DNA from: an archaeon | GTDB taxonomy: Archaea > Micrarchaeota > Micrarchaeia > Norongarragalinales > UBA97 | DNA: 64,000 bases | NCBI GenBank assembly: GCA_020057405.1 | Contig: JAGVFW010000014.1 | Span: 2,867-66,866, forward strand | Direction of reading: 5' to 3' | Part shown: positions 58,357 to 64,000 of the stretch, in pieces | How positions within the stretch are numbered: the stretch's first letter is position 1 | How the letters are laid out: each line of letters opens with the position of its first letter | Notes under the pieces: generated by a model | Databases searched by the model: none | Told to the model about the DNA's origin: nothing | The model's input: only the letters and a program-made list of their open reading frames with translations | Translations under genes and position numbers: made by a program

Positions 58357-59013
58357 GTGTACTATAGACTCAAGGATTTCATCAACGCGAATTGGGACCG
58401 GATTCCTGCCGGTCGCAACATCAGGCGGGATCAGTGTGTGCTAAGAAAGCACGACAACCTCGTCATTACGAGGCCCACGGTGGCAGTAGTTCGAAAAGCG
58501 CGCGCCATTCGCGACTATAGGGATACCGAATTCCGCGTGATTGCGTGGCCGCACCCTTCGCTCTCGCACGAAATCGAGTTGTCGTCCAAAATCGCGGGAA
58601 ACTTTCCAGGCAGCGACGCGCCCGGAGCGATTGGCACGCTGCGCTTTTCAGTCGGGCGGTTCAAGACCCGCTTGTCGCGCCACAAGTACAAAGTGGTGAT
58701 GGAGTATGGCCAAACGCATTACAAGACGAGCCCCGAGTACCCCGGCGACCCGACGGTTAGCCGTGAGATTGCAGACGAGCACACTCGCTGGCGCCGGCCC
58801 TCGCTTGTGCACGCGATTGAGTTGGCGGCGCAGCTTGGGACCGTGTTCTTGATTGACATCAACAGCTTCGACCTCCAGCGCCACTTCCACCGCGTTCACC
58901 CCAAATTCCTGACGTCGTTTGAGAAAGACTTGAACGCGGCAGTAAAGCAGACGGGCGCGCAAATGGTCAGGGACGAAAACCACATTGTCATACGGCCGGC
59001 AAGCAAAAAGTAG
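58357..59013 (+). CDS. Hypothetical basic protein (ORFan)
   Basis: 218-aa ORF filling the gap. Confidence 0.65.
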   Translation: MYYRLKDFINANWDRIPAGRNIRRDQCVLRKHDNLVITRPTVAVVRKARAIRDYRDTEFRVIAWPHPSLSHEIELSSKIAGNFPGSDAPGAIGTLRFSVGRFKTRLSRHKYKVVMEYGQTHYKTSPEYPGDPTVSREIADEHTRWRRPSLVHAIELAAQLGTVFLIDINSFDLQRHFHRVHPKFLTSFEKDLNAAVKQTGAQMVRDENHIVIRPASKK

Positions 59014-59019
59014 TGGCCG

Positions 59020-60594
59020 CTATTCCGGCGCTTTCTCGACGCGCGTGACGGGCTCGCCTGCGTCGTCGAACTTTAGCGTGCCAGCGAAAAGCTGTCGAAT
59101 GGTGTCGGCGAGCTTCTTTGCGGGGAGGCGCACTTGCTTTGTCGTCTCGCGGTCGCGCATGGTGACGGTGTGGTCCTTTAGAGTGTCGTAGTCGATTGTG
59201 ACGCAGTAGGGGACGCCGACTTCGTCGTAGCGCGCGTAGCGCTTGCCGACAGAGCCGCTCGCGTCGTATTCTGCGCGGAACTCTTTTTTGAGTGCTTCGA
59301 AGACTTGCATTGCCTTTTCGTCAAGGCCGTTTCGCTTCATGAGGGGCAGGATGGCGATGTCTAATGGCGCGACTCCGTGCTTTAGGTGGAGGACAATAGT
59401 GCTGCCTTCGCCTGAGGCGGCAGCGGCGCCTTCGCCGAAAGCGTCGAGGAGGAGGGTGAAGATGAGGCGTTCGCTGCCGAAGGAGGGCTCGAAGCAGTAG
59501 GGAACGACTTTTGCCTTGAGTTCCTCGTCGAAGACGCTCAAGTCTGCGCCTGAGTGGGCGGCGTGTTGCTTGAGGTCAAAGTCAGTGCGGTTTGCGAGTC
59601 CCGCGAGTTCCTTCCAGCCCCAGGGAAAGTCGTATTCGATGTCCCAAGTTTCGCTAGAGTAGTGCGAGAGTTCGGTTTGGCCGTGCTTTCTGGCGCGTAG
59701 TTTGCCTGGCTTGATGCCTAAGTCGTAGAGAAAGTTGAAGCACTCGGCGAGCCAGTAGGCGTGCCATCGCGTGCCGATGAGTTTGGCGGTCAGCGCGGCT
59801 TCGAGAGTCATTATTTTGCCTGGCGAGCCTTTTTCGCGCTCGTCTTGGGTGACTAGGAGGAGCTCTTGGGCGAGCATTTGCTTGGTGAGTTGCGGGCAGT
59901 CGTTTAGTTTTTGGGGGTGGATGAAGTACTCTAGCTCCATTTGAGTGAACTCACGGGAGCGAAAGACGAAGTTTCGGGGCGCGATTTCGTTTCTGAAGCT
60001 TTTGCCGATTTGGGCGATGCCGAACGGGAGTTTGCCGCGGCTTGCCGTGAGTGCTGTCTTGAAGTTGGTGAAAATGACTTGTGCTGTCTCGGGGCGCAGG
60101 AAGGCGTCGGAAGCGGCAGTGTCTTTTGCGCCGACCTTGGTTTTGAACATGAGGTTGAAGGGTGACTTGAAGGCGAGGGAGCCCTTGCACTTGGGGCAGG
60201 CGACTTTGTGTTTTGTGAGGAGTTCTTCGAGGCTCGTGATTGAGAGGCCGTCGACGCTCTCGCCCGTTTGTTCTTCGATTAGCGAGTCGGCGCGGTAGCG
60301 CTCGTGGCACTTTTCGCACTCGACCAGCGGGTCGTTGAAGCTCTCGGCATGCCCGCTTGCTTGCCAGACTGTGGGGTGGGTGATGATGCTGCCCTCAAGG
60401 CCGGTGACGTCGAGGCGGTGCTCAACAAAGCGCTTCCACCATAAGGTCTCGACGTTGCGTTTGAGTTGCGCGCCGTAGCCGACGAAGTCGAAGAAGCCCG
60501 CGTAGCCGCCGTAGATTTCGCTGGATTGGACTATGAGCCCGCGGCGTGAGCACAAGTTAATTACTTTTTGAGCCAAGTCTGGTTCTTTAGCCAT
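59020..60594 (-). CDS. glyS: Glycine--tRNA ligase (alpha2 type)
   Basis: EIYGG, FNLMF, LRPETAQ, FRNEIAP, REFTQMELE, EPSFG. Confidence 0.96.
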   Translation of the reverse strand: MAKEPDLAQKVINLCSRRGLIVQSSEIYGGYAGFFDFVGYGAQLKRNVETLWWKRFVEHRLDVTGLEGSIITHPTVWQASGHAESFNDPLVECEKCHERYRADSLIEEQTGESVDGLSITSLEELLTKHKVACPKCKGSLAFKSPFNLMFKTKVGAKDTAASDAFLRPETAQVIFTNFKTALTASRGKLPFGIAQIGKSFRNEIAPRNFVFRSREFTQMELEYFIHPQKLNDCPQLTKQMLAQELLLVTQDEREKGSPGKIMTLEAALTAKLIGTRWHAYWLAECFNFLYDLGIKPGKLRARKHGQTELSHYSSETWDIEYDFPWGWKELAGLANRTDFDLKQHAAHSGADLSVFDEELKAKVVPYCFEPSFGSERLIFTLLLDAFGEGAAAASGEGSTIVLHLKHGVAPLDIAILPLMKRNGLDEKAMQVFEALKKEFRAEYDASGSVGKRYARYDEVGVPYCVTIDYDTLKDHTVTMRDRETTKQVRLPAKKLADTIRQLFAGTLKFDDAGEPVTRVEKAPE

Positions 60595-60695
60595 AAACGA
60601 TGCACCTTTTCCCTGCGCCTGGAATGGTCAGTGGCAGAAAAAGCTGTTTATTGGGTTAGGCGCGAAAGCGAATTTAAAGCAGGAGGGTGGGAAGG

Positions 60696-60932
60696 CTAGC
60701 GCCGTTTTTTCCTTGCCTTTAGGTATGCCGTCATTAGCTTGCTCCACACGTGAAGCACCTTGGAACTGAGCTTTCGGTTTAGTTCCACGCAGTTCTTGCA
60801 ATCTTGCGTAAATCGCCACATTTCATCTTCAGTTGCGTCAACGCTCTTGTGCTTGTCACACAAGTTCCAAGCAATTGCCAGGTTTTCAAGAGCGTCAAGC
60901 TCGTTGTTTGAGATTTCGATTTCAACTCTCAT
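60696..60932 (-). CDS. Small hypothetical protein with CxxH and CxxC
   Basis: GGTGA RBS, ATG start, LCDKH and CKNC. Confidence 0.65.
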   Translation of the reverse strand: MRVEIEISNNELDALENLAIAWNLCDKHKSVDATEDEMWRFTQDCKNCVELNRKLSSKVLHVWSKLMTAYLKARKKRR

Positions 60933-61021
60933 TCAATCACCACACTAGGTATACGACACGATGAAAATGGTTGCTTTCGGAAGTGGCTTGCCGGACAGCC
61001 GCCGCTTTAGCTTGAAGGCCG

Positions 61022-61492
61022 CTAGGCGACTCGGGTGCCGAAGTACTTGTTTAGCACAGCCGGGCCTGCGGGACTGGCGAGTAAGGTCTTGTGCCAGGTT
61101 TTTAGGTGTGGCTTGATTTCGGCGATTGTGAACTTGTAAGTTCCTTCTGCGCCCGTAAGCTTGAAAGCCAGGATTGCGTTTCTAAGCTTTTCTGCGCTGA
61201 CGAAGTGAAAGTAGTTGTTGTGGACGAGGACGACGTGGTGGGCGTCATTGTTTCTCCACGCTAAAACGCCGTCGTCAATCTTCTCAAGGCGGAGGGCAAC
61301 GCCCATGCCGTTAACTGATTTAACCTCAACTTTCTTGCCGTTTGAAAGCACAAAATCGTGGCCCTTGGCCTTTCCGGTCGAAACCGCGTTTGGCAGCATC
61401 AACTGGACCTTTTTTTCGGCAGCCCTACCCGCATTCTCAATTTGCCGCTGTATTTTTGGCGTCAATTTGGTTAGCTTTATTCTCGTTGGCAT
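61022..61492 (-). CDS. Putative PD-(D/E)XK nuclease-like protein
   Basis: GRAAE...GHDFVLSNGKKVEVKS; AGGTG RBS. Confidence 0.6.
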   Translation of the reverse strand: MPTRIKLTKLTPKIQRQIENAGRAAEKKVQLMLPNAVSTGKAKGHDFVLSNGKKVEVKSVNGMGVALRLEKIDDGVLAWRNNDAHHVVLVHNNYFHFVSAEKLRNAILAFKLTGAEGTYKFTIAEIKPHLKTWHKTLLASPAGPAVLNKYFGTRVA

Positions 61493-61554
61493 GCAAACAC
61501 CTAGCTCCCCGCCGCTTTAAATAGCTTTGACGACAATATAGTTACGAAATTTAC

Positions 61555-63363
61555 ATGGCTAAAAAGTTTGAGCGCAAGGGCAACAAGCCCGGCGGCTTCA
61601 AGGATAGAGTCGACAAGACTGGCGGAAAGTTTAAGCCCAGCGGCGGCTTCGACCGCCCTCGACCGTCTTACGGCGACAGGCCAAGCGGCGACCGCCCCCG
61701 GCCAGCTTATGGCGACAGGCCGCGCCCGTCTTACGGCGACCGCCCAGGCGGAGACAGGCCCAGGCCAACTTATGGCGAGCGGCGCGAAGGCGGTTTTGAC
61801 CGGCCTCGGCCGTCTTACGGCAGCGACCGACCGCGTCCTTCTTATGGAGACCGGCCCCGGCCATCTTATGGAGACAGGAAGCCTACTTACGGAGACCGCC
61901 GCGAGGGTGGTTTTGACCGTCCTCGACCCTCCTACGGCGACCGAGACCGGCCGCGTCCAGCTTATGGAGACCGACCCCGACCTTCCTACGGCGACAGACC
62001 CCGCCCAGCTTATGGAGACCGCCGAGAGGGTGGATTTGACCGCCCGAGGCGCGATTTTGGCGATAAGCCGCGGTTTGGCAGTGACCGACCGCGTCCGTCT
62101 TACGGCGACAGGCCGAAGCCTGCTTTTGATGCCAAGCCCAGCGTGGGCGACAAACCCAAGCCGGCGTTTGTAGCCAAGCCTGGCGTTGGCGACAAGCCGA
62201 AGCCTTTTGAGAAGCCTGACTTTAGTGATTCTGGCAGGCGCGAGTTTGAGGATAGGGAGAAGAACTTTCACGCTAGCAGCGCTCGGCGTTACGAGCGCAA
62301 GAGTTTTGACCGCAATGGCCCCAGGCGCGACTATGGCGACAAGCCGAGGTATGGCGGTGACAGGCCGCGTTATGGCGACCGGGAAGGTGGGGAAAGGCGG
62401 TCTTATGCGCCTGGCGGTAGTGGTTTTGGCGGTAGGCCGCAGAGGCGTGATTTTGATCGCGGTGGCAGTGGGCGGGCTGGTTTTGAGCGCCGCGAGTCTA
62501 GCCGCGACGAGAAGCCCAAGTTTGACCACGGTGCTAAGGTAGACCCGACGAAGACTGACTTTGGCGGAACTGGCTCTTCTCTTCAAGACAAGCGCATGGC
62601 GCTTCTACAGCGCGCGAAAGAAAGCGTGAAAGAAGCGTTTACCGGCAAGGGAGCTGCCCTGGCGCAGTCAATCCGCGCCCTAGACGACCTTGACTACACT
62701 AAAAGCCTGCTCTTCTCAAGACTCCAAGAATACTACGGCATCCACTTCCCCGAACTCAAGCTCGACAACATGGAAAGCTACGCCAAAATCGCTGCTTTGG
62801 GCGACCGAAAGGGCCTAGACGAAAAGAAACTAGCTTTCCTGGGCCACGGCAAGGCAACCCAAGTGGTTAAATTGGCTGAAAAGAGCTTTGGCTCGGACTT
62901 GACGAAGGAAGAAATGGAGTCAGTCCAAAACTTTGCAACCGCCCTAGTAACTGCGAGCGAATCGCGAGAAAAAATGGCGAAATTCATCGACGAAGAAGCC
63001 AACCGCGTCATGCCCAATGTTACTGCATTGACCGACGCCTTCCTCGCCGCACGCTTCCTCTCACTCGCCGGCTCACTCGAGAAGATGGCCCGCATGCCCT
63101 CAAGCACGATTCAAGTCATGGGCGCCGAAACCGCCCTCTTCATGCACTTGCGCTCCCACGGCAGGACTCCCCCGCCCAAGCACGGCATCATCTTCCAGTC
63201 GGCTCTCGTCAGGGGCGCTCCCCTAGAACAGCGCGGCAAGATTGCAAGGGCATTGGCTGGAAAGATTTCCATTGCGGTCAAGGCAGACGCTTACACTGGA
63301 AACTTCATCGCAGAGAAGTTGAAGAAGGATTTGGATGAAAGGCTGAAGGAGATTAGAGGCTAG
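61555..63363 (+). CDS. nop5: Nop5 (Nop56/58) C/D RNP protein with ~340-aa N-terminal low-complexity repeat domain
   Basis: QSIRALDDLD, YGIHFPEL, MPSSTIQVMGAETALF, PKHGIIFQ, RGKIARALA in the C-terminal 260 aa. Confidence 0.92.
   Translation: MAKKFERKGNKPGGFKDRVDKTGGKFKPSGGFDRPRPSYGDRPSGDRPRPAYGDRPRPSYGDRPGGDRPRPTYGERREGGFDRPRPSYGSDRPRPSYGDRPRPSYGDRKPTYGDRREGGFDRPRPSYGDRDRPRPAYGDRPRPSYGDRPRPAYGDRREGGFDRPRRDFGDKPRFGSDRPRPSYGDRPKPAFDAKPSVGDKPKPAFVAKPGVGDKPKPFEKPDFSDSGRREFEDREKNFHASSARRYERKSFDRNGPRRDYGDKPRYGGDRPRYGDREGGERRSYAPGGSGFGGRPQRRDFDRGGSGRAGFERRESSRDEKPKFDHGAKVDPTKTDFGGTGSSLQDKRMALLQRAKESVKEAFTGKGAALAQSIRALDDLDYTKSLLFSRLQEYYGIHFPELKLDNMESYAKIAALGDRKGLDEKKLAFLGHGKATQVVKLAEKSFGSDLTKEEMESVQNFATALVTASESREKMAKFIDEEANRVMPNVTALTDAFLAARFLSLAGSLEKMARMPSSTIQVMGAETALFMHLRSHGRTPPPKHGIIFQSALVRGAPLEQRGKIARALAGKISIAVKADAYTGNFIAEKLKKDLDERLKEIRG
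61642..62115 (+). repeat. Coding tandem repeat (DRPRP[S/A/T]YG)x12 with RREGGFD spacers
   Basis: Counted from translation; synonymous divergence between units. Confidence 0.9.
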
Positions 63364-63373
63364 ACGTGGTTTT

Positions 63374-63898
63374 TTGGAATCCACCAAACGAGTTTTAAGT
63401 AAAGATGAGATTAAGCGACTAGAAAAACTATTGCGCCTCTCTTTTCATAGTATTAGAAAAATAAGAGATTCGGACACGTTAGCGAGTGCAATACAGTATC
63501 CAAAAATTCCGGCTATTTTTTCGGAATCACTAATAATTCAAGCTTCAAAAAAGATTTTTGGACCTAAGTACAACGCCAAGCCTGGAGGAAAGCAATGTGA
63601 CATAGAACTTTCTTCTAAAGGAAAGCAAAAACTTAAAGTCGAAATTAAGGCTACAGGCGACAGTAGTTTCCAGTATTTTGGAGAAAAAGACATTAATGCA
63701 GACTATTTGGTTTGGGTTTCTTTTGGCAGCTACTTCAAAAAACAAAGGCCCAAAACAACTATACAAATATTGATTTTATCTCAACCGAACAAAATATTTT
63801 TTAAACCAACTAAAATAACTCTCAAAAATTTCATCAAAATAAGTAAAAAACACATCAAGACAAAGCACTATAAAAACACGGCTCAACTATTAAGTTAA
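63374..63898 (+). CDS. Low-GC PD-(D/E)XK restriction endonuclease-like protein
   Basis: SESL...CDI....KVEIKATG; AT-rich composition. Confidence 0.6.
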   Translation: MESTKRVLSKDEIKRLEKLLRLSFHSIRKIRDSDTLASAIQYPKIPAIFSESLIIQASKKIFGPKYNAKPGGKQCDIELSSKGKQKLKVEIKATGDSSFQYFGEKDINADYLVWVSFGSYFKKQRPKTTIQILILSQPNKIFFKPTKITLKNFIKISKKHIKTKHYKNTAQLLS

Positions 63899-63908
63899 AG
63901 GGAAAACC

Positions 63909-64000
63909 ATGGAAGTGCTTTCAAAACTCCGCGACGGACGAATTAATGCAGACAATATACTAATCGAGCTTACAATTAAAGAGTACCTTGAACTCGCAGA
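63909..64000 (+). CDS. Partial CDS of low-GC island (3'-truncated)
   Basis: ATG 63909, open to window end. Confidence 0.55.
   Translation, partial: MEVLSKLRDGRINADNILIELTIKEYLELA

Noticed and set aside
61642-62115. Periodic repeats resembling a CRISPR array
   Set aside because: Units are in-frame, vary at synonymous positions and have no unique spacers; this is a coding repeat
61501-62586. 361-aa antisense ORF
   Set aside because: Shadow of the repeat-rich nop5 N-terminus

Overview
An archaeal chromosomal window of roughly 55% GC by eye. It encodes PolD DP1/DP2, an ATP-dependent DNA ligase, archaeal TyrRS/AspRS/GlyRS, Nop5, two FtsZ2-type genes and tRNA-Leu(CAG). The compact gene packing, interspersed basic ORFans and CGDxxC-repeat surface proteins suggest a DPANN lineage such as Micrarchaeota (inference only). 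Several elements are missing from the supplied ORF track: two box C/D guide RNAs, one able to pair over the wobble C34 of the tRNA-Leu in this window; a 57-aa ribbon-helix-helix gene divergent from an ftsZ-ORF84-ftsZ cluster; a 56-aa face-to-face-type histone; and several small ORFs. Other notable features are a Nop5 whose N-terminal ~340 aa is an RPRPSYGD/RGG-like low-complexity domain, three secreted proteins sharing an unnamed C-terminal amphipathic motif, an aroE-mtnA-class II aldolase cluster, and a complete 910-bp IS5-family element with a 9-bp TSD and no internal stop codon. A low-GC island begins at the right edge. All calls come from motif recognition by eye; no database searches were run.
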